Part shown: piece after piece, positions 23,690-38,000 of the stretch
Position numbering within the stretch: the first letter of the stretch is position 1
Layout of the letters: each line of letters begins with the position of its first letter
Origin: Mobula hypostoma
Taxonomy: Eukaryota
Length of the DNA: 64,000 nt
NCBI RefSeq assembly: GCF_963921235.1
Contig: NC_086097.1
Span: 211,360,001 to 211,424,000 of the forward strand
Reading direction: 5' to 3'
Position numbers and translations under genes: made by a program
The notes under the pieces: generated by a model
Told to the model about the DNA's origin: nothing
Databases searched by the model: none
What the model saw: only the letters and a program-made list of their open reading frames with translations

Positions 23690-24297
23690 ATGTGATGTTG
23701 AGACTCTATAAGGCACTTGTGAGACCACACTTGGAGTATAGTGTGCAGTTTTGGGCTCCTTATTTTAAAAAAGATATACTGACATTGGAGAGGGTTCAGA
23801 GATGATTCACGAGAATGATTCCAGGAATGAAAGGGTTACCGTGTGAGGAACGTCTGGCAGCTTTTGGGCTGTATTCCTGGAGTTCAGGAGAATGAGGAGG
23901 AATCTCATAGAAACATTCCAAATGTTAAAAGGCCTGAACAGATTAGATATGGCAAAGTTATTTCCCATGGTAGGGGAGCCTAGGACAAGAGAGCACAGCT
24001 TCAGGACTGAAGGACATCCATTTAGAACAGAGATGCGGAGAAATTACTTTAGTCAGAGGTGGTAAATCTGTGGAATTCGTTGCCACGAGCGGCTGTGGAG
24101 GCCAAGTCATTGGATGTATTTAATGCAGAGATAGATAGGTTCCTGATTAGCCAGGGCATCAAAGAGTAATAGGGAGAAGGCAGGGGAGTGGGGATGACTG
24201 GAAGAATTGGATCAGCCCATGATTGACTGGTGGAGCAGACTCAATGGGCCAAATGGCCTACTTCTGCTCCAAAATCTTATGGTCTTATGTCTTATGC
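23690..24297 (+). mobile_element. CR1 3' fragment nested in the tail of another CR1
   Basis: ctctataaggcacttgtgagaccacacttggagta...; tail (TCTTATG)n. Confidence 0.9.
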
Positions 24298-24360
24298 TAC
24301 AAGCCCTTCGGCACACAGTGCTGTGTCAAACCAATTAAATTAGTCATCAAATGGCTAACT

Positions 24361-24975
24361 ATTGGCCTGTCCCCTAAAACTCTCACTAATTTTTATAGAT
24401 GTACCGTAGAAAGCATTCTTCTAGGGTGCATCACAACCTGGTATGGAAGTTGTCCTGTCCAAGACCGGAAGAAGCTGCAGAAGATCACGAATACAGCGCA
24501 GCACATCACACAAACCAATCTTCCATCCCTGGACTCACTTTACACCACACACTGTCGGAGCAGTGCTGCCAGGATAATCAAGGACATGACCCACCCAGCC
24601 AACACACTTTTTGTCCCTCTTCCCTCCAGGAGAAGGATCAGAAGCTTGAAGACTCATATGGCCAGATTTGGGAACAGCTTCTTTCCAACTGTGATAAGAC
24701 TGCTGAACGGATCCTGACCCGGATCTGGGCCGTACCCTCCAAATATCCGGAGCTGCCTCTTGGTTTTTTTTTGCACTACCTTACTGCCCATTTTTCTATT
24801 TTCTATTTATGATTTCTAATTTATAATACTTACTAATTTTAATTATTTTTAATATTTTTAATATTTAATATTTGTAATCCAGGGAGTGTGAAGCGCAGAA
24901 CCAAATATCGCTATGATGATTGTACGTTCTAGTACCAATTGTTTGGCGACAATAAAGTATAAAGTATGAAGTATA
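24361..24975 (+). mobile_element. Young Rex1/Babar LINE 3' fragment
   Basis: LTNFYRCTVESILLGCITTWYG...RIIKDMTHPANTLF...FGNSFFPTVIRLLN; (AAAGTAT)n tail. Confidence 0.9.
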
Positions 24976-27015
24976 ACTAATCTAATCTCCTCTGCCAACA
25001 CAATGTCTAGATTCTTCCATTTTCCTCACATTCACGTGCCTATCTAAACAGCACTTAGAAGTCCCTAATGTTTCTGCCTCTACCACCACTCCAGGCAACA
25101 CATTTCAGGCACCCACCACTCTGTGTAAAAAAACTTGCTCCTCATTTCTCCTTTGAAATTACCCCCTCTTACCTTAAATGCATGGCTTCTGGTATGAGGC
25201 ATTTCAACCCCAGGATAAAGATACTGTCTGTCTAATCTATCTGCGCTTCTCATAATCCTGTAAACCTCCGCTAGGTCTCCTCTCAGCCTTCACTGTTCCA
25301 GAGAAAACAACCCAAGTTTTTCCAACCTGCCATCATAGCACATGCCCTCTGATCCAGGCAACCTCCTCACAAACATCTTCTTTACCCTCTCCGAAGCCTC
25401 AACATTTTTCCTGTAATGGGGGGTGACCAGAACTGTATGCAATACCCCAGGTGAGGCCTAACTAGAGTGCTATAAAGCTGCAACATAACTTCCTTGCTTT
25501 TGAACACAATGCCTCAAATAATAAAAGCAAGCATGCCATATGCCTTCTTAACCACTCTATCAACCTGTGTAACTACTTTCAAGGAGTTATGAACTTGGAC
25601 TCCAAAATTGCTCTGCTCATCAACAATTAAGGGCCTTGCCCTTAAAAGTGTACTGCCTCTATATATTTGACTTACCAAAGTGCAACCATGCACATTTGGC
25701 CAGGATAAGCTCTATCTGCCATTTCTCTGCCTATATCTGAAACGGATCTATATTCTGTTGTATTCTTTGACAGTCTTCTATGCTATCCACAACATCTTCA
25801 TATCATCTGCAAATTTACTAATCCACCCATCTATTTTCATCATTTATATACATCACAAAGAGTAGAGATCACAGTACGGATACCTTTGGAATACTACTAT
25901 CACAGACCTCCAGCTAAAGTAAGTCCCTTCGACCAACACCTTCTGTCTTCTATGGGCAAGTCAGTTCTGAATACAAGCGGCCAATCCACCACGGGCCCCA
26001 TGCATCTAAATCTTCTGGGTGAGCCTCCCATGAGGACCTTTCTCAAAAGCCTTACTAAATTCTGTGTAGACAGCATTCACAGCTCTACCTTCGTCAATCA
26101 CCCCTGTGACTTTGTCAAAAACAATCAATCAGGTTTGTAAGACACGACTTGATCTGCACAAAGCCACGCTAGCTCTCCTTAATCAGGTCGTGGTTTGCCA
26201 AATGCTCATAAATTTTATCCCGAAGAAATCTTTCCAGTAACCTCTATGAGTACTGACCAGTCTTCTTATTCTCAGAGACGTTGCCTGTGGCTAGGGAGAA
26301 CACTAAGATATTGGTCAAGACCCCAGCAATCTCTTCTCCTGTCTCTTTCAATAACCCAGGGTATACCTCATCAGGTCCAGGGGATTTATCTACCTTAATG
26401 CTTTAAGAGACTCAACACTATCTCCCCCTGTACCTTGAAATGACCTAACATATCAATATGCTCAGTATTGATCTCCCTAACTTCCATGTCTTCTCCTTGG
26501 TAAACACTGATGTAAAGTACTCATTAAGGACCTCACCCTCATCATCCACATCTAAGCAAATGTTCCTCCCTTTATCCTTGATTGGTCCTATCCTCTCCAC
26601 AATCCCTTTGTTCTTCATATATGTATAAAATGCCTTACAATACTCTTAAATCCTACTTGCCAAGAACTTTTCATAGTCTGTCCTGGCTTTCCTAATTCCC
26701 TTCTTAAGTTCTTTTCTGCCTTCTTTATAACTCTCAAAGGTGTTTGATTCTAGCTTCCTAAGCTTTATATACTTTTGTTCTGTCTTCTTGACTAAATTAA
26801 TCACCTCTCTTGACATCCAACGTACTCTTTCTTTGCCATCCTTGTCCTTCCTTCTGAACAGAACATACCTCTCTTATACTGTGTGCAGTTGGTCTTTAAA
26901 TGTCAGATATGGACTTGCCCCAAAACAGCTGTTCTCAATGTACTCTCCCTAGTTCCTGCCTAACGCTCTTGTAATTTGCCCTACTCCACTTCAATACCCT
27001 CCAGTAAGACCCATA

Positions 27016-27628
27016 TGAAACACTCTGGTTTCCTTGGCTGCGTGAGTCTAGAGGAGACAATCTCTGGCCTCGCCAAACATGTGAAATTGAGGTGCGAGCC
27101 CACCCCAAAACCCCATTTGTGTGAGTGCTGTGTAAATCGTTACCCTGTTACAAATGAGTGCCACAAATTAAACAGACAGTACACCACATACAATTAAAAG
27201 ATTTAGCTTAATAATTCTTAATTTAACTAAATGGTTAGTAAAGAAAAAACAAAAAACAAGAAAAGGCCACATTTTAATGAAATAATCTAATGTGCACAAT
27301 TTGGAGCTCACGGTTTCCCCATTGCCAATCCTCCATCAATTGCCCAGACATCTTCGAATCACGGCCCCGCTCTGGGTCTGACCTCTTCTCTCCAGCGTCT
27401 TCTCTCTTCATCTCTCCCTAACCAAGGTCTCAAGCCCAACCTTATTGTCCCTCACCAGAGAAACCTCCCCTTAATCCAACCATCCTAATTGGATGGCACA
27501 CAATTTTCCTTTCTTTTATCTTCAACAGTAACCCAAACATAAGGGGAAACCAAGCAGCTCACACAGAACAGCACAAAATGAAATGCAGAACAGCGTTATA
27601 GTAACAAAATATGAACCAGGGCATTACA
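27016..27628. mobile_element. Solo LTR with 4-bp TSD CATA
   Basis: TG...TTACA termini; CATA at 27012-27015 and 27629-27632; interrupts CR1 ORF2. Confidence 0.85.
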
Positions 27629-30600
27629 CATACATATCCTTATCTATAGCTATCTTAAAATTTAGGAGTTGTGGTCACCATTTCTTAACTACTCATCCAC
27701 TGAAAGCTCATGCAGCTGACCAGGCTCACTATCCAACAGTACAGTCTCTAGTCTTGTTGGATGAGCTTCATATTAATTTTAAAAAACCTTCCTGAAAGCA
27801 CCTAACAAATTCTTCCACATCTACACCTCTTGCACTCAGAAAGTCCCAGTTTATATTAGGGAAGTTGAATTTCCCCATGACATCAACCCTATTGTTTTTA
27901 CACCTTGACTTAATCAGCTTGCATGTATATTCCTCAATGTCCCAGTGACTATTGCAAGGTCAATAGTACAATTCTATCAGAGTGATTGCACCTTTTCTAT
28001 TTTTGAGTTCTACCCATATAGACTCTGTGGACGAGTCCCCCATTATGTCTCCCCTGAGTGCAGCTGGGATATTGTCTCTGATTAGTGGTGAACCCTTCCC
28101 CCTTTTTTTACCTCTCTATCTTTTCTGAAACATCAAAATCCTGGGATATTAAGCACCCATTCCTGTCCCTCTGTCAACCGTGACTGTAATGGCCACAACA
28201 TCATAGTTCCATGTACCGATCCATACTATGTTCCTCACCATTTCCTAGCATTAAAATACATACTCAATACATCCTATATTTTCCAATATTTTGCTCCTCC
28301 TTGTTTTTACTGTCATTGACATCTACCTTCCTCTCCATCCCTCCAATTTCTGACCTGGTGCCCTGGTTCCTATCCCCTTGTGAAACTAGGTTAAACCCTC
28401 CTGAGTAGCACTAGCAAACCTTCCATCCCAGATGTTGGCTCTCCTCCAGCTTAGGTGCAACCTGCCCTCTTGTACAGGTCTCCCCTTCCCCAATAAAGGT
28501 TCCAGTGATTTAAGAACCTGAAACGCTGTCCCCTGCACCAATTTCTCAGCCACTCATTCATCCATATGATCATTCTTTTCCTGCCCTGATTAACACGTGG
28601 CACAGGGAGTAATCCAGAGATTACTACCGAGGAGGTCCAGTTCCTCAGCCTCTTACCTAACTCCATGTGCTCACTGCATAGGACCTCCTCCCCCTTCCTA
28701 CTTATGTCATTTGTGCCAATGCTCACCATGACCTCTGGCTGCTCATATTCTCCCTTGTGAATATTCTGCAGCCACTCTTGCATCCATGCACCTGGGAGGC
28801 AACACAATACCTTTTTTTTTGTGGCCACATAACCTCCTGTCTGTCTCCCTATCGAGTCGCCTATCGCTATCGCTCTGCCTGACTTTACCCTTCCGTGCTG
28901 AGCCTCAGAGCCATTCACAGTGTCACTGGCCTGGTTGCTGCTGCTGTGCTCTGATAGGTCACCACTCCCCAGCAGTGTCCAATGGGGTACACGATGCTGA
29001 GGGGAATGGCCACACTGGACCCTGCACCGATTGCTTACTCCCCTTACTTCTCCAGCTGGTCACCCATCTACTACCTGAAGCCTGCACTCTGGGTGTGAGC
29101 ATTTCGGTAAAAGTTTCATCTCTTGGTTTTTAGCCTCCTGTTTGGTGCTGGATACATCCAGCTCCAGCTCCAGTTTTTTGACCTTGTCAGTCAGGAGCTG
29201 AAGTTGGGTGTACTTCCTACAGATGTTATCGTTAGGGAGTCCATTAGATTCCCTACAATCCCACATCTTACAGGAGGAGCTTTCCACTGCCTTAACCACC
29301 ATCCTGCCTACATTTGTCATACCTTTAGCTCTAACTTCTCAAGCTTAAGTTGTACAATCAAATAAATGACTCCTTTTCTTGCCAAAGCCTGACCATTCTA
29401 ATAGTGGCCCACTCTTACAATGGCCGATCCCACAACGGCTGCTCCACTTATCCTTCACTTCTTTTTATTGCTAAGTTACTAACAACACAAGCAAACTTCC
29501 ACTCAGACGTTCCGACAGGCCCCGCTCACTTTTTAAAACTGGCATGTAAACTCCACAAGGAACTATCTCAAACACTCCTTTTGACTTGAAAATTATGGGA
29601 TCAATACCATAGTTAGAAAGTTAATAGGGGCTGTGAATACATTAAATAGTGGGGACCAAAATCATTACAGCTGGATGTGACAAACACAACACGACAAAAT
29701 TAAAGCACTGTTTCTGAACTATCCTTAAAATTCAGTTTCATGTTCCAGTCTTGAGGACTAAGGCAAAAGTATACGTTACCAAATCTTCTAGATTTATGCA
29801 GAGTTCTTCAAATTCCCACATGGAAACTGTCTCCCCGACACCTGATTCTCCCCTGCAGCCATGTTAGTGAACTGGAAATCCCACCATACCATCACAGCAT
29901 CATCTCAAATGAGGTCTAGCCAGACATGCTATAAAGCATCATATTTTCATACTGAGACAGGCTGGTCATCAAGATGTTCCTCTTCAACTGTTCTTAAAAT
30001 TGCAAGCTCTGCAAAACAATAAACAGAATTAGTGAGGGAAGGTTGTGGGCTCATTTCCTCTGGATGATACATGTCCACCATTTATGGATAACCTGTGGTC
30101 ATTTTAATCTAAAAATTAACAATAAAACACCAAACAAATGACTTCTTACTCCCTTACATTCTCCCTTTTGAACTAGGAAGTGGGAAACACACAGTGTTGA
30201 TTTACACGACATGTTTACATTTCACAAGAGTATCCCAAAAGAGGAGTTTCTTACTTGTGGGTAACCTACCCTCATTTCCTAAAAAGTGGAAGATGATTGA
30301 TTCTGCCTTTGAATCTGGCAGAAAGATGACATGGCATGCCATAGGTATTAAACTACACAATTCCTTCCTCAATACTGAGCCATGCCCACAAGTAATAAAG
30401 GATGGGATCTGAAACACAAGCCCGCATGACCACTCCCAAATTCAGGCAGTATTAACAAAATTTGACGTTTCAAAATCTGAAAGCCCCTCGATTTCTTCCA
30501 CTGAAAGTCCCCATTGTCTGGTGGAAGTGAGAGATAACTAGCATCACTACTCCACAGATCTTAATGCCTGAAATACTTGTGGCTTTTTGCAACTGTTATT

Positions 30601-30710
30601 GTTTTCATTCAGAAGCTGCTGAGTACTAACAGTATTTTCTCTTCTTATTTTCATTCGAAATTTGATGGAGAATGGACATGAAAGCACAGAGGAACATCTG
30701 GAGAAATTTC

Positions 30711-31188
30711 TGAAACGCCCGTTCGCTGCTGTCATTACTGTGTGGTCGGGAATCTTTCGGAAGGTAGGCCTCAAAATCCCCGGCCTTGCCTGCTTTTGGC
30801 GACTGAGAAGGAGGTCGAATCGTTCGGACAGAGATGGCGCTCAGTACTCGGTGTCGGAGAGCTGATCAGAGCTCAAAGTTTTCGGATGACTCAGAGTCGG
30901 ATTGTGGTCGGCATGGCAAGGAGAATTTTTCTTCTTTCTCCAGTCTGCGTGAGATGTGGGATATTTGAGAAACTTTGAACTTTACTGTGCCCACGGACTT
31001 CTTCATCAAGTTATGGTATTGTTGCACTGTTTGTAACTATATGTTATAATTATGTGGTTTTGTCAGTTTTTTCAGTCTTGGTTTGTCCTGTGTTTTGTGA
31101 TATCACACCGGAGGAAATAATGTATTATTTCTTAATGCATGCATTACTAAATGACAATAAAAGAGAACTACGTGTCTTCATAATTATA
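30711..31188 (+). mobile_element. CpG-rich young non-autonomous repeat with a LINE-type tail
   Basis: CpG-rich head containing gagatggcgct; tail ttatggtattgttgcactg...aaatgacaataaa resembles Rex1-type 3' ends. Confidence 0.6.
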
Positions 31189-31364
31189 AATGTTTTGCGC
31201 CATGAATGGATTCTGTTACCTTATATGGATGACAACCACCAATCAGGCCTCAGTAACCTAAGATCCTATTTGTTACACATGCAGCTTCGGTGTGCCATTG
31301 TTAATCTTTCAAAATTCTGGATGTAATGCATCTGCAGATTTATGAACTTTATGTACTCTTAAAA

Positions 31365-32480
31365 GAATTCAGAATCAGAATCACATTTATTATCAATGAC
31401 ATATGACATGAAGTTTGTTCAGCAGTAAAGACATAAAATCTATAAAGTACAAAAATAAATAAATATTGCAAAAAGGGATTGTGAGGTACTGTTCAAGGGT
31501 TCGTGAACCATTCGGAAATGTGACGGTGGAGGAGAAGAAACTGCTTTTAAATTGTTGCATATGGGTCTTCAGGCTCCTGTACCTCCTCCCCGATGGTAAT
31601 AAAGAGAGCAGGGTATGTCCTGAATGGTGAGGGTCCTGAATGAGGTATGCTGCCCTCTTGACACACATTCTTCTGAAGATGTCCTTGCTGGTGGGGAGGA
31701 TTGTGTCCGTGATGGAGATGGCTGAGTCAATAACCCTCTGCAGTCTCTTGTAACTCTGTGCACTGGAGGCTTCATAACAAGCTATGTTGTAACCTGTCAG
31801 ACTGCTCTCCATCACATATCTACAGAAATTTGCAATAGCGATTAACAATCCCCTCTAACTCCGAACAAGGTAGAGCCGCTGCCGTGCCTTCTTTGTGATT
31901 GCATCGATGCAATAGGATAGTTCCTGAAATGGTCACAACCAGGAACTCGAAGTTGCTCGCTGCCGCTGACCCCCACAAACCTGGACTTGTGTTTTCTCCC
32001 AACTTCCCCTTCCTGAAGTTCACAGTCAGTTCCTTGGTCTTGCCGACATTGAGTATGAGTTTCTTGTTGTGACGCCACTCAATCAGCCATTCTATCTCAC
32101 TCATGTGAGTGCCCTTATCGACATTTGGGATTCTACCGACAACAGTAGTCTCACTGGTGAATTCATAGCTGGTGCTTGAGTTGTGCTTAACTACACAGTC
32201 ATTAACTACACAGTCATGAGCATAGTGAAAGTAGAGCAGTGGGCTAAGCATGCATCCTTACGGGATGCGTGAGTTGACCATTAGTGAGGAGGAGATGTTG
32301 TTACCAATCCATACTGACTGTGGTCTGTTAATAAGAAAGTCAAGGATTCAGTTGCAGAGGGAGGCACAGAGGCCCAGGTTTTGAAGTTTGGGTAGTACTG
32401 AGGGAATTGATAAAAAGTAGCTTGATGCATGTCTCGTGGTTGTCTAGGTGCTCCAAAGCACAATGGAGAATTATGGTCTG
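31365..32480 (-). mobile_element. Rex1/Babar LINE (RT C-terminal half)
   Basis: LSPLLY, LILNVGKTKELTVNFRK, LLPSGRRYRSLKT; (AGAATC)n tail. Confidence 0.9.
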
Positions 32481-33274
32481 TTGATGAATGGAGTGATTTC
32501 TATATACAGCTAACTCCTGTTCATCGTACATTTATGAATCTCCGTCAACTAGCAAAAGAATCTGAGCATATTAAACAATTTCATAGCATTTTTCAAATAT
32601 GTAAATTTGAAAGTGGTATGTCTGGTTCCAATGCAATTTGCATTTTTGTGCTGCCTCCAGTTTTTTGTTAGTTTATTTACATTTATACACAAGGGCAGTG
32701 CAGTTGCAGCATTTGAAGATGCGATATTTCAAGTGATGATTGGTACAATCATTCATTTGATTTATTTTTGCTCTGTTTTACATTGCTCTGGTTTAGCATC
32801 GAAATATAGAACTGCACTGTGAAACATCACAGTTTAACAGGGTAAGGAGATGATATGTTGCTGGCGATTTATTTAAAGATTTATGCATAAAATATTCGTG
32901 CGTGATGTAAAAATATGCTTTTATATTCTCATGCAACTAGCATATTCGTGCAACCAGCTCCCTATTCCCCACGGATGCTGGATGGCTGAGAGGATTCTTT
33001 AATAGTTTAAGCATTGAATTTTCACTGATCAGATGTTTTGTGGTTACATAAAAAGTAATATTCTGTTTCAGATAAAACACCAGAAAAGTATGGACAACTA
33101 CATCAAGGTTAATTATTCTAATCTCCACTCCAAACATCTTGCTGCTTCTCCTAGTGAGTTGACAAATTACAATTTAATTAGATTGGAACTCTGCAAGAAC
33201 TTCCATCCAGTAGTCTGGGATTCTTTTGAACCAAGATTCTAAAAAAGTAGGAATACATCACTGAATCATTGTGC

Positions 33275-33277
<3 letters not shown>

Positions 33278-33331
<54 letters not shown>

Positions 33332-33362
33332 CCTCCCTCCCTCTCTCCCTCTCTCTCTCTCT
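33278..33362. repeat. (CT)n/(CCCT)n microsatellite
   Basis: Read directly from the sequence. Confidence 0.95.
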
Positions 33363-34902
33363 TTGCCTCTGCCTCGGATTGCAAAAGGCCGTAGAGAAGT
33401 GTGTGAGATGCCTATACTTGATTTTTTTAAAATGTGCGATGGCTGTTGCTCAATACAATACAATATTAACAACATTTGCTTCATTATTAAGGAGATCCAT
33501 ACCAATTAAGGACCACATTTGTTGTATGGAATTAAACATACAGACATGAACACATACAAATTTGAGGCCTAATTGTGTTTCTTAATGACATGCATACAGA
33601 TATAGTCTACCTAAATGCACACACACACATGAAAACAATCTGTAAACCCACTTGACCCTCTAAAGACACATTCTACGTAATAATGACGTGCCCTTCTCAC
33701 TTTACACTGACTTCAAACCATTTTTAGACATATTCTATCAACCAATGAAAAATTCTACTTCTTTTTGCATTTTAAAACCATTCGACCTACAATAGTCACT
33801 TTCTATCCACTTCAATCTGATTTTGTGCAATCATGATCCATCTACCAATTCTAAACCAATCGAGATCCATTACCCTACTTCAAATCCACTTTATTCACTC
33901 CAGGTACTTAATACTTATTTGACTTCTCCATAATAATACAATTCTAATTGATTGAGCTTTCATTAAAAAGAATTAAAAGTTATAAACTTAGGCACACTTT
34001 GATGAGGACCGAACTTGATCAAGGGCTGCTTCCTTGTTCCATATTTTCTTCACAGTACGAGGGAGTAATGACAGAAGGTTTCAGTGTAGTAGCAGTTACA
34101 TGCCTTTGAGGTGCTTGTAAAATATAAACAGTTCTGCAGCGGCTTATCTCACATTTGTTTAGGAAAAATCAGATAAGCATGATGATACACAATTCATAAA
34201 CAGTAGTTATTACCTTTGATCTGATTGAAAAGAGGGCCATTCAACTGTTCATCAGGAAATGAACTTCTCAATGATAATTCCCTGTTTGCTTTGTAGTGCC
34301 AGTTTTCAAAGGAGTTTCCTGTATGTGGTGTTATTGACATCTTTTTGTTGCAGTACCGAACCAAATGACATGAACTTAGAAGAATGCAGTGCTGGTGCTG
34401 TTCGAGTACCTATACCAGTAGGACTGGCTATGGTACATGCCTAAGATTCATGTGCACTAAAGGCTACTCCTTAATACTGTGAACCCATGACAAACTGATT
34501 TATAAAACCAATTGGCTATATTTTCCTGCAACAGGCAGATAAAAATTTTTGATAATATTTAAATATGCATATGTTTGGAATGTTGATTTTTTTTGGATAG
34601 CAAGGGAACTAGGTGAACAGGGCACCATAAAATTACCCCAAGGATTGTGAAACTAACATTACAAGAAATGGAAATGAAGCACAAACTAGTTCTGGTGATT
34701 TCAATATCAATCAGGAATAGAAAAATAAAAAGGCAGGAATAAGAGAGACAAACAAATAAAGCGAGTATTAAAAAAAAAATCCCCAGGTATGTCTGACGAC
34801 CAGGAGATTGTTAATGATTGTTTGGCACCAGAACAGTTTCCCAGTTAATATAGAACCTCATGAAGGCCTGCATTAATCTGGAACACGCAGTAGCCAAATA
34901 CG

Positions 34903-37330
34903 ATCAGAATCTGGTTTAACATCACTGGCATGTGTCGTAAGATTTGTTGTTATGCAGCAGCAGTACAGTGCAATACATAATTCCAAAATATTCTGAATTA
35001 CAATAAGAAAAAAAATATATACAGTACATATATAATAAATTAAATTGAATAAGTGGTGCAAAAAGTGAGCAAAATAGAAAAAAATACTGAAGTAGTCTAC
35101 ATGGGTCCATTGTCCATTCAGAAATCTGATGACAGAGAGGAAGAAGCTGGTTCTAAAACATCGAGTGTGCGTTTTCAGGCTCCTGTACCTCCTCCTTGAT
35201 GGTAGCAGTGAGAAGAGAACATGTCCTGGCTGATGGAGGGTCCTAAATGAATCTGCAGCCTTTTTGAGGCATCTCCTTTCCAAGGTGTCGTTGTTGCTGG
35301 GGACGCTAGTACCCATGATGAAGCAGGCTGAGTTTGCAACTTCCTGCAGCTTTTTCTGATCCCGTGCAGTGGCCTCTCCATACCAGACGGTGATACTACC
35401 AGTCTGAATGTTCATCACGGTACACGTGTAGAAATTTGCACGTGTCCAAGTCTACTCAAACTCCTAATGAAATGTAGCTGCTGGCATGCCTTCTTTGTAA
35501 TTGAATCAATATGTTAGCCCATGATAGATCTTCAGAAGTTTTAATACACAGGAACTTGAAACTGCTCACCTTTTCCACTTCTGATCCCTTGATGAGGATT
35601 GGTGTGTGTTCCCCCAACTACCCCTTCCTGAAGTCCACAAGCAAATCATTGGTCTTATGAAATCAGTTCAAAGCTGTTGTTGCAACACCACTCAACCAGC
35701 TGATCTGTTTCAGTCCTATATGCCTCCTTGTCACCATCTGAAATTTTGCCAAAAATAGGTGCGTCATCCGCAAATTTATAAATGGCATTTCAACTATGCC
35801 TAGTCACCCAGTCAAGGGTAAAGAGAGAGTAGAGTAATGGGCTATGCAAGCATCCTTCAGGAGCACCAGTGTTGACTGTAGGTGAGGAAGAGATGTTATA
35901 TCCGAATTGCACTGACTGTGCTCTCCGAAATGCGGAAGTCAAGAATCGAGTTGCAACCGGAGATACAGTGGTCCAGGTACTGGAGCTTATTGATTAGTAC
36001 TGAGGGTATGACTGAGTTGAATGCTGAGCTGTAATCAATAAACAGTAGCCTGACATAGGTATTGCTATTCACCAGCTGATCCAAGGCCAAGTGGAGAGCC
36101 AGTGAGATAGACCTAGGCAAATTGCAGTGGGTCTAGGTCCTTGCTGAGGCAGGAGTTGATTCTGGCCATGACCAACTTCTCAAAGCACTTCACTGCAATA
36201 GATATGAGTGAAACTGTGCAATTGAGGCTGCTCACCCTGCTCTCCCTGGGCACCAGTACAATTGTCACCCTTTTGAAGCAGGCGGGAACCTTTGACAGCA
36301 GCATTGAGATGTTGAAGATCTCCTTGAGCACTACTGCCAGCTGTTGGCATAGGCTTTCAGTGCCCTATCAAGTAGACCAACAGTGCTTGACACCTTGTGA
36401 GGGTTCACCCTCTTGAAAGATGTTCTGACATTGACTTCCGAGACAGGGATCGCAGGGCCACCAGATGCGGCAGGAATGCAAACGGGTGTAGTTTTATTTT
36501 CACTTTCAAACATGCATAAAAGGCATTGAACTCAACTGGGAGTAAAGCATCACAGCCATTCATGATGTTAGGTTTCAACCTGTAGGAAGTAATGGCCTGC
36601 AGACCCTGCTGTAGTTGACGTGCACCCGATTCTGTCTCTAACTTCAGTCGTAATTGTTTTTCACTCTTAAAATAGCCTTCCAGAGGCCACACCTGAACTT
36701 CTTGTATAGTTCTAAATCACCAGTCTTGAATGCCAGAGATCTAGCCCTCAGCAGACTACGAATGTCCTAGTTCATTCATTGCTTTTTGTTTTTGTGTGCA
36801 CGGTATATTCTTGAATGCACACACTCATCCACACAGGTCTTGATAAAGTTGGTGAAACTATGAGTATTCATTCAGATGCGAAGATGAATCCCTGAATATT
36901 GTCCAGTCCGCTAGATCTTACAGGTTGGGTGAGCAGGATGGAGACAGAACCACCAAGCCTGTGCACAACCATGAGTTAATCATGAAGTGTGCTCTGCCTT
37001 CTCTACCTTTAAGAGGCTCAGCTGCCCTGTCCTTGTAGTGGATGGCGAAACCCTTGGGAATTGAGTCCAAAATGACAAGGGTAAGCCATGCTTCCATGAA
37101 ACAAAGTACATGAAAGTCCCTGTTGTCCTTCTGGTACATTAATCTTGCTCTGAGGTCTTCAGTTTTATTTTCCAGAGACTATATTTGCCAGCAGGATAGT
37201 AGGGTGCGGTGGTTTAAGGGTTCTGCATTTCAATAGTACTTGTAGACCAGAATGCCATCCCTGTTTCCTAGCACTTGTGACCAGAGTCTGCAATCTGGAG
37301 ACCTATGCACTGGAAAAGCAGCCACAAACG
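34903..37330 (-). mobile_element. Near full-length decayed Rex1/Babar LINE (APE plus RT)
   Basis: VLCFMEAWL (APE), VPACFKRVTIV, LDPLQFA, YVRLLFIDYSSAFNSVIP, LLPSRRRYRSLKT. Confidence 0.9.
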
Positions 37331-37334
37331 AACC

Positions 37335-38000
37335 ACGAATGGTAAGGTCCTATGGAGTGTTGAGCAACAGAGGGATCCTTGGCATGGACCTTGGTCCAAA
37401 GATCCTTCATAGTTAAGAAAGGTGTTCTTTGTTAGTCGGGGCACTGAACACAAGTGTAAGTAAATTATGCTCCAACTTTCTATATGTCACGCCTCAGCTG
37501 GAGTATTGCGTTCATTTCTGGTCACTACACTATCAGAAGGATGTCATAGTCCTGAAAAGAATTTAGAGGAGATTCACTGAGATATTGCCAGGAATGGAGC
37601 ACTTCAGTTGATAGGAGAGACTGAAGAGACTAACTCTGTTTTCCCTGGACAGAGAAGATATGACTGAGGTATATAAAATTATGAGGGATTTGGACTATAA
37701 GATGTTTTTTCCCTTAATCAGAGATGAACAAAGGTTTACGATAAAGGGTAAGAAAATTGGGGCAGATGTGAGGGGAACGTTTTCACTAAATGAATGGTGA
37801 GAACCTGGAATGCACTGCTAGAGAGAGTGATGAAAGTATAGCTACTAACAGCATTCAAAAATATATAGATGAACACTAGAATCACCTAGGTTTAAAGGTT
37901 GCAGTATGAGGCATGTGCTAGAAGATGGTATTAATAAGGATGTACTGGTCAGTGAGGGCATGGTGAGACAAATAACCTGTTTCCATGCTCCATGACTTAA
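37335..38000 (+). mobile_element. Old CR1 3' fragment
   Basis: cctcagctggagtattgcgttcatttctggtcac...; acctggaatgcactgc. Confidence 0.75.

Larger units (their letters stand above)
23665..29540 (-). mobile_element. Near full-length decayed CR1 (5' UTR, ORF1 zinc finger plus SGNH esterase, ORF2) with three nested insertions
   Basis: ORF1: AVESSSCKMW...ICRKYTQLQLLTDKVKKLELEL (29060-29320) and AIAIGDSI, CCLPGA, IGTNDI, VVISGLLPVPR (28451-28918). ORF2 remnants at 24980-28250; tail aacatagaacag at about 23665. Confidence 0.9.

Noticed and set aside
33178..33549. ORFs with ERERER / SLSLSL runs
   Set aside because: Translations of the (CT)n microsatellite.
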